Source: Chrysomallon squamiferum (lineage: Eukaryota; Animalia; Mollusca). Taken from it: a stretch of 64,000 nucleotides of DNA. Positions 40,201-55,200 of this stretch are shown piece after piece (position 1 is the first letter of the stretch; the number at the start of each line of letters is the position of its first letter). The notes under the pieces were generated by a model. The model searched no databases. It was not told where the DNA came from and saw only the letters and a list, made by a program, of their open reading frames with translations. The DNA lies in NCBI GenBank assembly GCA_012295275.1, contig CM022671.1:13268001-13332000 (forward strand). Direction: 5' to 3'. The translations under genes were made by a program, and so were the position numbers.

Positions 40201-43200
40201 GCTGAGTGATGTCTTCTCACCCGCAAGCAGTTTGTGCTAGGAGGCTAAATCAAAGATAGCCACCATCCAGTTTTACCAGTATATTACTCTATCTTCATAA
40301 CTACATCAGATAGAAAAACAAATGAATGTTTGTTTTATATCTATTCAGGCATAAAGAATCTAATGTTCCCAACAGAAATCATGATGGCAACTATAAATGG
40401 ATTAAAAAAATATAGCTGTTTTAAGTCAAACTAAAGTCCTGTTGGCTTTTAACACACACTGTTTATGTTATCATGTCAGGTGTAGGCTAATAATTAATAG
40501 ATAAATAAAAATAATTAATTATTGAAATGTATCATTATATATTACTGTTTCAATTACTCTAAACATGTATATATCCAAGATTGCCACCACTGAAACAAAA
40601 AAAATATATTAAGATTACTGTACATGATAAAAACATAAATTAAAGGTTTTCAGGCATAAACAATTGAATGCAGCTATGATTTTTTCCTGATAAAATGCAA
40701 AACATAAACATGGCAACCATACATATTATTATTCATTCAAGAAGCCTTAACTTCCTGCATTTTAAATGCTTAGCTGTTTAAACTAGCTGAATTATATATT
40801 CTTGTCCTTTTTGATGCTTTCTCAGGTAGTATATTTAATAAAATGCATTTTGATGTTTTTTGGCATTTGCAAGGTGACCTTTAGCTTTTGAATTTAATAT
40901 TTAAAGAACTAACTTAAATGTGTTTTTATTATCTTTCACTGTAACACTCACAAAATGGGCCTTAAGTCTTCACATCTGCAACAAATTGGAAATGATGGTG
41001 TAGAATACATAAAGAGGAACCACAAACTAGTATCTTCAGTGACATAGAAACCTGAGACTGAAACTGGAGATGAGCATCAGTTCTCTTGATCTAGCGACTC
41101 ATCGTGAAGCCATAGTGAACACTGTCAAGGGCAGAATGGGTACTAGAACTGTCAGTGTGCAAGATTCCCTTGAAGTTGGAAAAGAGCAATGTCTGAATTC
41201 AAAAGAACTTGGCTGGAGCATTAACAGGATACAATCAAGCAAAACATTCCTATCATGTCAGTGATGAAGAAAAATGTAAAAGTTGGCGAAACAATGTTAT
41301 TGGCACAACCTCATCTATTTGAGAGTAGACGATATTAAGGCCAGTTCTCCTGAAATGGATATCAAGGACATCCAAAGACATGAACGGGCACCAGAACAGG
41401 AGAGATGAGAGGTTGAAGAATCAACTGAAAGTTGAGGTCTCATCCAGAAATGCACAAAACACAGATATTACAATCATCAACTGATCTGCTCTCCTTTGAG
41501 TGGTACTCAGTTCTGTGGGTAATACAGTAAAAACCTGTATGTCAAATCCGAGAACATACTGAGATGATGCTGCTTGTTACCAAATCTTGGAAGCTCTGTA
41601 ATTTGTTACATGATGCTTTAACACTACCTTCATTCACAAGATAAATAACTCAACAACAAACAGTACAACTTCACTTATTTATTATTTCCGAAATATATTT
41701 GTAATTATCCAGAAGAAATTAAACTTGACTAAATTATTGGGAATACTATTTAAAATATATTGAATCAGTCAGCTGAAACCTATAGAAGTTTCAGAGGTGT
41801 AATAATCTTTGTTTAGCAGCAATACACATTCAAAAATTGCATGTCCATGAAAAAAACCACCTTTTCTGCCATTATTATCTGGTGACGATGATGATAACAA
41901 TAACAATGATAATAATGATAATCATAATTAAAGCAATATTAATGCTGCAAGTAGAAATTGTGGAAGTAGTCTCACAGATGTAGTAGTAGTAGTAGTGGCA
42001 AAAGGTAGTAGGAGATATAATAGTAATGTAGAGGAAGTTTTAGTATAATTAGTAGTACTAGAAGAAGTGGTAGGATTAATTATAGTGCTAGTAACAGAAG
42101 AAGTAGTATCAGTAGAAGTAGCAAAATAAGAAATAGCTATTGTAGTAGTTGTTGATATAATGGTGATGCTAGTAGTATTAGAGGTAGCAACAGTGTGTAT
42201 GATAATAAAAGTAGTAGTGGCAATGATGGTGACAGTAGTAGTTTTCTAATAATAAAAATAGTAATAGCACCATTAGTAACAATAGTAATGGCAGAAGTAC
42301 CTGAGATGGTAGAAGTACCAGTGGTAGTAGTAGCAGTAGTAGGTAATAACAAGAGCTGAGAGGGCATTATAATAGTAATAGTACTAGAACAAACCACTAG
42401 TACCAAATGTAGTGTCACTGATAATAGTGTTCGTAAAAGAAGATGTAGTATTAGTAGAAAGTTAGGAACAAAAGGTAGTGGGAATAGACAGAGTAATAGA
42501 AGAATTAGTAGTAGAAATTTCTAATTGCCACGTGGGAATTTCACCAGGGGTTTCAAGAGTTCCTGACATGCCTGAAGCCATACTTCCTGTCAACTCTTTG
42601 GGCCTGATTGTGTAGAACATCTCATACCATTTGGCATCTTTTCATACCCTTCAGGCATTCCTTCAGACATGTCAGGTGGATTTTTGACTCCAAAGATGAG
42701 TTTTTTGTCTCAGAGAAGTGTATACATGTAGAAAATGTACACTGTAACACACTGTATCAGTCATCCGTGCAGGTATCCATTTTTTGAATCTATATTGTGG
42801 CTAAACAAAAATGATTGCAGCTCTGAAACTTTTATATGTTTTAGTTAACATGTGGGAGATTAAATTTCAAGAAAGGTCACCTGAAGGTCAATTTCAATGT
42901 CATAACAAAGGTCAAATATCTCCCACACCACTGGCCTAAAATTTTGGATTTGGTGCTGTCGGATCCGAACCAACAAGTTATACCAAATTTCATAAAAATA
43001 TGAGATGGTCAGGTTTAACCCATTGGGTGATTTGACATGGAATGACCCTATATTAATATACATGTATGTAGCAGTATTGCATGAATAAATTTAGAGATAT
43101 CTGGTTGCTTCATGAGACAAATATAATACGAGCACTTTCTGAAATATTTGAATTTTTCTGTGATGTATAGTTTTGGCCATCAATATTGGAATGTTCAAAA

Positions 43201-46200
43201 ATATCTGGTATTTTAGGTAACTTGTCAACATAAGTTTTCTTTTCCAAACAATTGTTATCAGCATTTGGGTTATTTCTTGAGATATAAAAAATTTGAATTG
43301 ATCTCAGTTACAATATGAACCAAACATGAGCCTAGACCATGAATAGTTTCAGATGATATGTTGTTCTCTGTGTCACAAAATGACATATCTGTAATAGCTA
43401 ATATAGCTGGAATTTCAGTTAACAGAGGTATGTCATTAGTGTCAATCTGATTTTTATAATAAAAGAAAACATCTAATATTTTATTTGATATCTGAGAAGT
43501 ATTGCTTTTGTTTGAAGCAAGTTTATTAGCTTTTACACCTCTGACTGCATCATGAACCTGCAAAACATGCTGCTAATCAACTCAATCATAAGAGGAATTT
43601 TTGGACCAATCATCAATGATAAATTCTTTTCCTGGTCTATGACTTTTGTAGGGGACTCCGTTGGCCCTTGAACTGTTATTGTGGTCTTGACCAAGTGTGC
43701 ATGTTTAACAGCATCAATAATGTTTTTCTTATGAGTTGGTGCATACATTAGCATCAGATGTAATGATCCCATGAGTCCATTTAATCAATTTCACTTTAAG
43801 ATAATTAGGAGCAACATTTTTCTCAGTTCTTTCCTCTCATTGTGACTTGATAAAACCTGTTCTATGTTTCTGCTTGTTGTAAATTCAACATTCTGATGGA
43901 CAATTTCTGACAATTCAGTCTTTTTCATATCTTCTTCAGCAGTAACATGTACAATATCTGACTTGATATCCATGTCAGACACAACCATCTCATTTTCCAT
44001 GACGATAAACCTACAACACTGCAAGTAAAAACACTTCCTGCAAACCTGTGTTAGATGACTCAAAAAGGTTAAAATCTGCATCATATTTTGAAGGCAAACT
44101 GAATTCTATGTTGTCTCCAAACACACTGAAAGACTGAGATACAGATCAGAAATCTCTGAACATGTTGGATGATTTGAGTCACCAGACTGACTGCCACCAA
44201 TAGAAGGAAGCCCCACAAAGAAAGACTGGCAATAACTAGAGAAGAAATATCTTGGGTAGAGTAACATCTTCTGTATTTCTTGGATAGGACAGCAACATCT
44301 GTATCTGAAAAAGATCCACAATCAGGCCAGACTGAGTCTTATGCTGATGCTAGGTTCTGGTGTGATAAGCACCTTCTATTTGCTAGAACATCCAAATTTG
44401 GAGTTTTCTTCTTTTTGCAAGCACTGAGAACAACAGCTTTTTGTTCAGGAATATCTGCATCTTAGTATGACTATGCAGTGCCATAGACTCTGACTTGTTT
44501 TCCATTAACATAGAACTGTACGGAAAACTGGAGGTTCTGTAGAAAGATCCTGAATAAAAGTTATAATGATGATATAAAGGTCTGTAATAACCCATTAACA
44601 CTTCCACAATGGAGAATCCACATTGTCTTTTTTTGCTGGGGTCACAATTTTACTTTCATTTTAACACTAGAAAAATAGGTAAAGTAAAACAGCATCTACA
44701 AGAGCGAAATGTCAGGCTGACCAGTCCAGATTTACAAACTACTAGATATTTCAGTGAATACACACATTGTACAATGAAAGCACTAACTGAACATTATTAT
44801 ATATCTCTTTTTTTTTTCTGTTGAAGCTTTCAAGATATGACAAAATTGAGGTGAGCTGGATTAACTCAATACATTGCATTTCTAAACAAATAATGGATCA
44901 GCAGCTTATTTTTCACTTATTTTAAAGGGAAATTGCCTTCAGTTTCATTTTAAGACTCAAATTATGATCACTAAACCTAAGCCACAAAAAGTTCAAGCAA
45001 AATTTGTTTAGCATTCCACATGTTAGCAAACATGAATCTAAACACACACACACACCCAAAAGGCACATACACTGTATGTATACCTGTAAATAACAGCAGC
45101 ATTAAAAATATCCCCTTTTTCATACAAAAAACATTTAAAGAATCATATGAAATTTTTAAGTTAATTTCATTAAGTTTTGTTCATTATAAAAACAGGTCCA
45201 GGCACATAGAAAAATTAAACTGATGTCAGATTAGTGGACTGTTTTCAAAAGAAAACAACTGGTGCAGTTTTCCCAGTCAGTGTATTCCTGGGTTAATGTA
45301 TAAAATTACAAATCATATATTTAAAAAAAAAAAAATACATTTCTTATACACATTTATGATTATATTCAGTTTAGTCAGCAATAGTATTTCATAAACTGGC
45401 AAATCTGTTCTTGTGTGATATGTTGAGATTTAGTAGACAAACATCAAAACAGAATCTTTTATGTACTTGTGCCTCCAGCTAGTTTATCAGAGACCTTGGA
45501 TTGTATAATAAAAACATCATATTCCAGACTTTAAAATGAAAGAACCAAACATTAGAAATGTCAACACTGATCTGTTTTTAAATAATAAAAATATGAAACT
45601 GTTGTCCTATATTACAGCACAAATATTTCTTAATGGTAAATCCTTCATTACTGAATATATTTTTTTTTAGTAGGACACACCAACTGAATTCAAGTTTGCA
45701 TTCCACAAGTCCTCATTAACATCTTTTCTATCTGGTATCAACTGAAGTATGGCAGTTTTTTAAAATATATATATATATTATTTCAACAAGTTTTCATTTT
45801 TTCTGTCAATAAAAAAAAATGGGATCCATTTCACATCAGAAAGAATCAAGTTCTTTTCACACTTTCTGACAGAAACAGCCATCATTTCACAGCTGACTGC
45901 ATTTCTACAAAGTACATTTTTTTTAGGTCTATTATGCTGTAAAAGTCACAAATGACACAGCAGAATAAATCCAAAGTTAAATATAAAAAGTCTACAAAAA
46001 AATGAACTTGTAACAGTTCAGAAGTACTTTTCTTACTTTTCCAGCATAGGCCAACAAAGCCTGTACAAATAAATGAGGGTATTGCAAATGACAACAATGT
46101 TAGTTTTGTGTAGAGATATTGGTGACATCTACATCTTTTTTCAATCAATACATTTGTATTCACCTCTTTAATAAACTTTATATCAGTCTGAAAATCTGTG

Positions 46201-49200
46201 ATTATAAACATGCTTATCTTGAAATGATGTTTATCGTTAAACATTTTGTTTATAATCAAGGAGGAAAACTAACTCATACAATCCTTCTTCCACTTATACA
46301 ACATAAATCTTAATGTTTCTGCAGTAACATTTTAAGGCAATGTTCAGCATCATATCTTCTAGTATTTATGGATCCTATACTCTATGATATAATAGTGAAA
46401 CAATAATAATAATTATAATAATAATAATAATAATAATAAATGTAATGGTGGGGTGCAGCTAATGTGACACTGACATGTTGGTATTACTTACTATATAAGT
46501 TATTCATAACATCACTGTCCTAGGAAAATAATTAGTAGTCAAAATGACTTTCAGATCAGAACACTTTAATAATAAAAGATCCCTGATATAGAAATATTAA
46601 TGTATACATCGTTTGAAAGTGGACAAACTGACGAGGTTCATAAAACTGTATTTAATTAACACAAAGTATAATAAAGATTCTACAGTTGTAAAATCAGAAC
46701 GTATCAGAACAAATCAAAGAAAAACAAAAACAGATAACAAACCAAAAACCTTCAGTAATAATTGTTTAAGATCCTGTAATGTCAAGGGCCAGAGTGCAAT
46801 CCCTTGCTCTCTGAGAATGTTCTGCCATAAATTCCAGGCAGCAGTTCCCATGATAACGAAAGCTCCCAACAGTAGGCACTAATCTTAAGCTATCTTGCTA
46901 GCACTTACTCCCTTCTGATTACTTTTATAAACTAATTACTTTAAAAACATTAAATACTGACCTTCACAGAATAGGAAACAATGGTTATTATTTCTCTATT
47001 CTACAAAAATACTATGTTAATCACTAAACTTATATTCCAAAGAAAACATTAACCTGCATCATAACTGTAATCCAGTTACTGTTTTAAGTTGTATTCTTCA
47101 AAAGTCAAAATGCACTGCCTGTAATTAAGAATGGCATTGTTTGATTAATTAACTTCTGCTGATTAATATTTTAATCCATGTGTCAGAACTAGGAAAGAAA
47201 TATACAGAAATCAGCCTGCAACATATTTGCTGTATTTCTGTACACTTCTAGACACAAATCCTTCATTTCATTAATTAGTCAATGCTTTTATGTTGTGACG
47301 TCATGTCCAACATGATTAAGGTATACTGTTTCAGCACTCTTTTATCATACTTTCTTTCTTGCACAACATTATATTGATCACTATACTTCACTGTTTTATT
47401 ATCCATCACTACTTATATATTCTGATTAGTACCAATCTCTCTTTATTTCACTGCCTCTAAACAACATATGTCAAATTAAAACTGATAATACTTTTCAAAA
47501 GAAAAAGAATGTTTATGAAAAAAAAACGTGTCTTTCCTTGAAGGCAAAATATATCAACATATAAAGCTTTAATTCCAACAAAAAAAAACAATAAAATCAG
47601 TAAGTAATAAATAAAAAATCTTCAACAACCTGAAATATCTTCACTTCAGTAACATGATAACTTGTTCCTTTGATTAACATTATCTCTGTCTTGTTTCCAA
47701 TTCAATATTGATTGATATTGCTTTCCACTGCTATCATGAAGATATTAAATTAAAACTGTAATTATCCTAGCCTTAAGATAAATACAGTAACCAACTCACT
47801 TTAATAGATGAATGTATCAAATATATTGACACACAACCTGAAGGCTGTAATCTGGGAAAATATAATGTCAGCCATGTTGAAATTAGAAATACAAGCTAAG
47901 AGGACCATTTGTATCATGACAGCAATTAGTATGAAGTATTAAATATTCTGAAAAAGTTGCTCATGAGAACAAGTTATGACTACAGATAAACTATCAGTTG
48001 GATATCTGAGAAGTCAGGATGTCAACAGTTCTAAGAAAAATTATCTTTTGTTGCTAATAGCAATATGCTGATGTACTGAAATATTCAAAGGGTTAAAGAA
48101 ATGGTATATGCAAATTGTTTGGTATATAATTACTTTATCAAACTACTCTCTGTTTATAATTGTTCTACCCATTCATTTTACCTCCTCTCACATTTGAAGA
48201 AAAACACTGTTTTGAAAGGAATACCATGAACTTCAAGTGGAACTAATTGTAAGTCTTTATATGGAGAAAATGTGGGAGGGCAGAAATCAAACCATGCATA
48301 TTTTTTATGCTTAGGTAGGAAAACATGTTACACCATATGAGTGGGTGAAATGGCATGATATTTAAAAAATAACAAACAACTGATGATTTCATCAAAACAA
48401 AAACAACAGTGTGTTGGCTTTTTTCATTGTATACATTACATGCTCCTTTTAAGAAAAATGTTTCTGTGCTGAATCAGCAAAAATTAGCATATTTTCAACT
48501 GATTCAGATTTTGCTGGCAGTGCAGACATTTAGTTTATTTTATGTAGTAAATGTGTTATGATGTTCTTTTATTATTATTATTATTATGTTTTTTTTTAGT
48601 TCTTTGATTAAACAAGAGCCGAATATGAAAAGTACAGATTCTGGATGTTAAACAGAAGTAAATATATTTATGTTCAGTACTTATTTATATTCATCATGAC
48701 ACTTTAATCAAATAATAATTATATTATTTCATAACATTTAAATATATTTATTTTGTAAAAGAATATAGTATATATCTATATAAAATCTGAAATTTAAATT
48801 AAAATACTGGCTCAATTAATTATATTTATTTCAGAATGATTCAGTATATATATTTACGTCAACATCTAGTAAAGATAAGAATAGATGCTTACATCAAAAC
48901 CTAGATCAAAATAAGAATTATTGGCATTTAAAGTGTTGCTGCTTTTATATGTATATTTTTTATTATACCCTATCGAATATGACGCCCAAGAAAACAAAAA
49001 GTGAAGGTGATAATGCTGGTGGAAAGTATAACATATCACAGTAGAGGTTAAGAAAGAAATAACTGCAAAACATGAACCAGAGTGGTGTTTATGTGTTTGA
49101 CATCGCTTTGGTTTATGTACAATTCGGTTTACAAACTGAGTTCTCGAATGAATTAAGTTCGTAACTTGAGTTTCCACTGTACATATTTCTCATTTATTTT

Positions 49201-52200
49201 ATTTAAGTATAATGTAAAGTAATTATTTTTAGAAAAATTATTAAAAATAAAAATAATTCATTTTATTACTTTAGTACAGCTATTACTATATAATTAAAAA
49301 ATAAAAATAATAAATATATTATTTATATGAACTTTTCTGATTATCCATACTGATACAAACATAAAACTAGCTCACTCTTTAAAATACTGAAATAAAGTTA
49401 ATTTTATTTAATCTCTTTAAGATTATTTTGTAATTTATATTTTTATTATATATTATTTATTAGCATGAAATATGTAATTTCTTTAAATAACATGGTTATG
49501 TGAATCAGTTTATAATTATATTACTATAATTTGTATAAATAAAAACTTGAAAGATTATCACACATATTTATAAAAACATTATCATTATAAAAAATATGTA
49601 TCACTAATACATAAAAATTAATATTGAAACACAGTGAAATGAAATGAAAGGAATATATATTGATACCTGAAACATTAAAAAATTAATTTTTTAACACAAT
49701 TTTAATTAGAATCATTTTCCATTTTATATATAAACATATTGTACACATGGTGAGAGAGAGCAAATCCGAGGAAATACGTTGACCACTCATATTGATTACT
49801 ACTTATAGTTGCAAGTTATGTTTCTTTATAAAATGTGACATGGTATTATCAAATATTCCTTCATTAATTTACTTTACAAAACTCACCTGACTGAGCATTT
49901 ACTCCATTCTCAGAACTACCAGATCCTTCATAGTTCTGCATGTCACAATTTTGTTTTCTCTCTGAAGATTCTTCATCATCTGGTTTTCTTTTAGACAAAA
50001 TTTCTTTCAGCAGAGTATCTTTGTTTCCCAATCCAGAATCTGGTGCTGTAATTTTGTCAGATTTTTCATTTTTGTACCATGTTTTCAGATGGCTTGCACC
50101 TACTTTTGCACCTTTATTAGATTCTGAATATGCAGCATTCAGCATTATTATAGTGCTGATTACTGACCTAGTACCACCACTGTTTGTAAAGGAATAAGTT
50201 TTATTACTTGATGAACCAACATCAGTATTACTTGGTATGCTTGAATAATCAGAATCTGTATTACTGGGTAATCTGGAATCAGACATGTCAGTTAAACTGG
50301 ATACAGATGCTGCTTTACTAATTATCTTCACATTGCTAAATGAACTCACTGATTTATTGTATGTTGATGATGAAGATGATGATGATCTGGTGTCCAGAGA
50401 GTCTGCTCGTGGTCGTGAAGACATGCTTGTATTCCACTGTTTACCAACAGATGGATTAACATCTAATGTGGATGATACTTTCTTATTTTGTTCTGGAACA
50501 ACAACTTCTGTACAAGTCACTGATTTCTTTTTGGTACCAGAATCCACCACATCATTTGACATTAATGGAAAAGGGTTTCTATTTTCATTTTCCTTTCTGG
50601 TGTTTGTCCGCTTAGCAACTTTGTTTAGAAGATTACTATCACCACTATTTGTGATGTCAGTGGATTTCTGAAAAGCACCAAGCAACATTTTAACACTTGG
50701 CAAATTACTGAGTTCATCATGGTTAATAGTTTGTGTGTCATTCTTAAAGATATTGTCAATGGACAGGACACCATTAGATCTGGAAGAAGTGGTATGTGAG
50801 GCAGGCAAATTAACAGGCAAGCCATTGCTCACAACCTTGAAAGAAGTGTTAACTCTAGTATTAGCTAGCAACCTGCTATTAGCAGTTGTTGCAGTAGCCT
50901 GGGGAGGGGAGTATGGATCATTTGTGTACTGGGGTATGTACATGGACTTGCTGCGATGTATAAGTACAGCAGATTTGGGGATGGTTGAAGACTGTATGCT
51001 TTTCAATGAATCTTGGCGATGAATGTCAACTCCTTGCTTTTCATGCTGTGTATTTTGCTGAACATTAATATTTGTAATTAGTATCACACAGACATGCACG
51101 CAAGCATGTTATAGATATGTAATGTGTATTGGTTTTAAAATTAAAATTAAAAGGTTAGAGTAAATACATAGAGAAACAGGTTAACATTTAGCAGAACAAT
51201 GTTGCAGTCTTTTATATTTGTTATATAATTGCTTTGTTGTTGTTATTGTTATTATTTTATTTTATGTTACTGATACAAAATAAAAACTTTGGACCACAGT
51301 AGTAAAGATTATGGTATCAATATATATATATATATATATATTATTATTATTATTTTATTTTTTGAATACATATTTTTCAGCAGATAATGTGAGTATTTTT
51401 GTGCTATTTATAAAGTTAACATATATATAAAAAAAATATATATATAAAAAATAAAAAATATTGTTATGCAGTAATTAAATGCATATTATATATAATATCA
51501 AAGATTGATTTATTTAGAATCTCAATATTTAAATTTTATATTAAACAATGAGGATATGATATAATCAACAAGTTTTACTATCAGATCTACAGAAATTTAT
51601 TAATAAATTCTTTGTTACTTTGTTAATCTGCAGTTATAAACTTGGCAAAAGATACTATCTGTTTATAAAAGCATGTGTTATTTTATAAACATAAACCAGA
51701 ATTAAAATTTTTATTTTATATTCAGGATGGGTGTGCTTGACGAAGGAAAGTGACCTCTAAAGGACAGATTTATATATTTTTCTAAAAACAGTAATTTTTT
51801 AAAAAGGGGACAGGACAATAACAGTACAAAAAATAAAAAATAAAAAAGTAGCTTTGTCAAGACTGTAATCATTGTGTTTTTCTTTACTCTGTCTTCACAT
51901 GAATACTTTTTTGATATTTAATGACTTTAATGTTAATGATTATTTAAGTATTTTTCTTTTCCATTAAAAAACAGACATACATCAGTGGTGAATTAATGGC
52001 TGCTAGTCAGACACAGGAACGCAACAGTTATACATTTTTTATACATTAGACCGTGTGTATGCAAATCCTTTTGATTATCAACCCTTTCATGTAATCTTTG
52101 ACCTTTAATGAACCTCATTAATCTGTATTTTCTTTTATTCCAAAAGTCCAATATTTAAATCAACCCTTAGAAATGACAACAACTATAGTAAGTCAGTGTG

Positions 52201-55200
52201 GACACTTTGGAAACGACTATATTAGATGAAAGCCAATGAATTAGTCATGGATCCTATAGCACATCTAGATGTGTATTAAATATATACATTAAAGTCAATT
52301 TTTATTAACATCAAGTAAAAATATGTACAAGGTGACTTCATTAAATAAATAAATTAAAAATAATAAAATATAATAAATTATAAGAATTTTCATTAAGTCA
52401 AATGTTTAAAATTAATATTTTCAGTTATTTTATATTAATATACACTAATAACTGTTATACATTTATATATTCTATAAACTCATCATAGATATTGTTAAAG
52501 ATATTTTTACACCTAAAATGTATTAAGTATTTGCTACCTTTGCAAAACATTTCATGCTTCTGTTCATAAGCATTGTAAGTCTTCCTTGTGACTTCATCAT
52601 GTCTTTGGAGATCTGCTTATACTGATGAGAGTTACGGTCCTTGATTCCATGCAGTTGTAAGCTCAAGGAATTAAAGTTTTCCTGCTCTGCTGCCATTTCT
52701 TTTTGAAAATAGGTTATTGTCTCCATTAGTCCCTGGAAATAGAGAACAAAATTCAATAAATCCTAGCTTTAAAACAAAAAACAATAACAATAACAACAAA
52801 ACAACAAAGAAACAACTATTTTATTAATTATTGCAAACTGGTGGATGGACAGGCTCTCAACCATTTTAAAGAAGGCAAGTTACTAAAATGTTTATGATAT
52901 TAATACTATTATTATTATGATACATTTTTTTGTATCATTTGTTACAGATGAATGTTTTAAAATATAAATTAAATTTTTAGCAAACACAATTAATACCAAA
53001 AATATTATGTAAGGTTTGTTTTATGATGAAAATCAACAATTCCTTTTTTAATATTTTTTTTTTCTTTATCAACAAGGGATATCATATGTACTACTAACAT
53101 TTAATCTTGTTATATCTTGTTATGAGGCATTTGAAAATTAAATCCATTAGATATATATAGAGATATATATATATATATATATATACACATACATACACAG
53201 CATTCAAGCTAGGCTAAAACAAATTAATTGGTAATACTAATAAAGCTGTTGTCACAGACATAAAATTAAACACCTACATGTATGCATTCTTTCTAATAAA
53301 ACAGCACCTTTTACAAAAAATTTGATACAAAATCATACCATAAGTGGTAAAATTATTTAACAAACATTTTAGTTAATGGTCTAAGTATGGTTACTTGCAG
53401 CCTGCTTCCTTAAGTCTCAGGTGCCTGTTTGTGTAGATTTGGATATTGTAATCTTTACTATATATGAAATTATGTTAATTTATTTATCATGTCCATCTCA
53501 ATTAATTTAAAAGAATTGTGTTTATTGCTAACAAAAGTGTAACAATGCATTTTTAGTTGGTCATCTGATATCCTGTGTAACAGGCAGTGATAGGCAATTG
53601 TCTCTTATTTTTATGATTTATTATCTAGAATAGAAATTAAAAAAATGTATGTTAACCTCAATGATTCATTAACAAATAATTTCTGCTGGCCAGTTGCAAA
53701 ATTTGCTCATGTGACTGTTGGTCAAAATGGAGGAAAAAATGCATAGATATTTCCAGCTTATAGTCTAAAATTATTATTGGGCTTTTTTTTTTTTTTTTTT
53801 AAAGACCACCAAAACAACACCTGCCACCAAAAAGAAATGAAGTGACTTAGAATTTTGCCAAAAGTTAAAAGAAAGGCAAAGTTTGGTACAATGGGGTAAT
53901 TATTTTGCATGATCCCTGTATATGTTTGTTTATTATGTTAAAATAGGTTCGGGTATTTGGTTTAAGTTTTTATAAAGGTGACAAAACAATAACATAATTT
54001 GTGTGAGTGATTGATAACCTTTCAACACACTACTGTTACTATTTTATCATCAGTAGTGATCTATGATATTGATAGCTAACCCGGATCTAGCCAACACACA
54101 AACACACACACACACATACAAATAATAATAATAATAATAATAATAATAATCTACCAAATTTATTTATAAATACAATCAACAGTTTTTTATTAATAAAAAA
54201 AATTTTTTTTAAAAAAATGAAGATAAATAAATAAAGTATTTTAAATCTACAGTTACTTCCCTTAAATCAAAATGAGTGATATCAGGAAATGTTTTATTGA
54301 GTGCACATGAAACATACTATAAAATTATAACATAATAGAGCATGCTGTAAAAAAATTTTCTATGGGGATACCTGAATATTAAATCTCTATCAAAGATTAA
54401 TTATATTAAATTAATTTAAATGTCAAAAAAAAACAAAAAAACAATCATAATGTAGGACAAGATGACTTCAAAAGAATCTCAGATTCAGATGAGTTACTTG
54501 ATTTAGTAAATAATCTCTGTTTTTCTCAGATCAGTCATCTACTGTATTTAACACATTATTGTCGTCACTATTATTATCATGACCACCATCACTATAATTG
54601 TCATAAATATAGTTTATTTGTGTTTCTTTCTCAGATTTTGATTACTTACAAAAGCCTTTATTCAATATTTTATTATTATTGTTATCAGTATTGTCATCAC
54701 CATTATCATAATCATTAAAACCATCAACAAAACATCATTTATTAGTTGAAAAGTTAGACAATTATAGCCTTGAAGGAGATATCAGTATCTTTTACAGATC
54801 ACAATACCCATTTAGACATCCAAAAGAATATTATTTATAAATGTTTAAAGAGTGGAAAATTATTCAAAAGTAGATATAGCTCAGTGTCTTTTATAGATTA
54901 CAATAAATTTACATACAGCTATATTTATTTAAATTATTATGATCAAAACAGTATTATATATATTAAAAAAGAATCTGAAGACAGAATGTTATTACCTACT
55001 TCTTTGTTATAAATATTATAAATGGTTACATAATATGTATTCAAAGACAAGGCCAGTAAAACCTAATTATATTGAATTATAAGCCGTCAATCAGACTGTA
55101 TCATATGAATGTGACAACAAAATGGTCTCCCAGGAAAGTGACAACAAAGTGTGACCAACATTGACCAGCTGACACTACTTGAAATTACAGCACATGAAAA

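Noticed and set aside
49940-51022. Plus-strand ORFs overlapping the large exon
   Set aside because: Antisense shadows of the real minus-strand coding exon.
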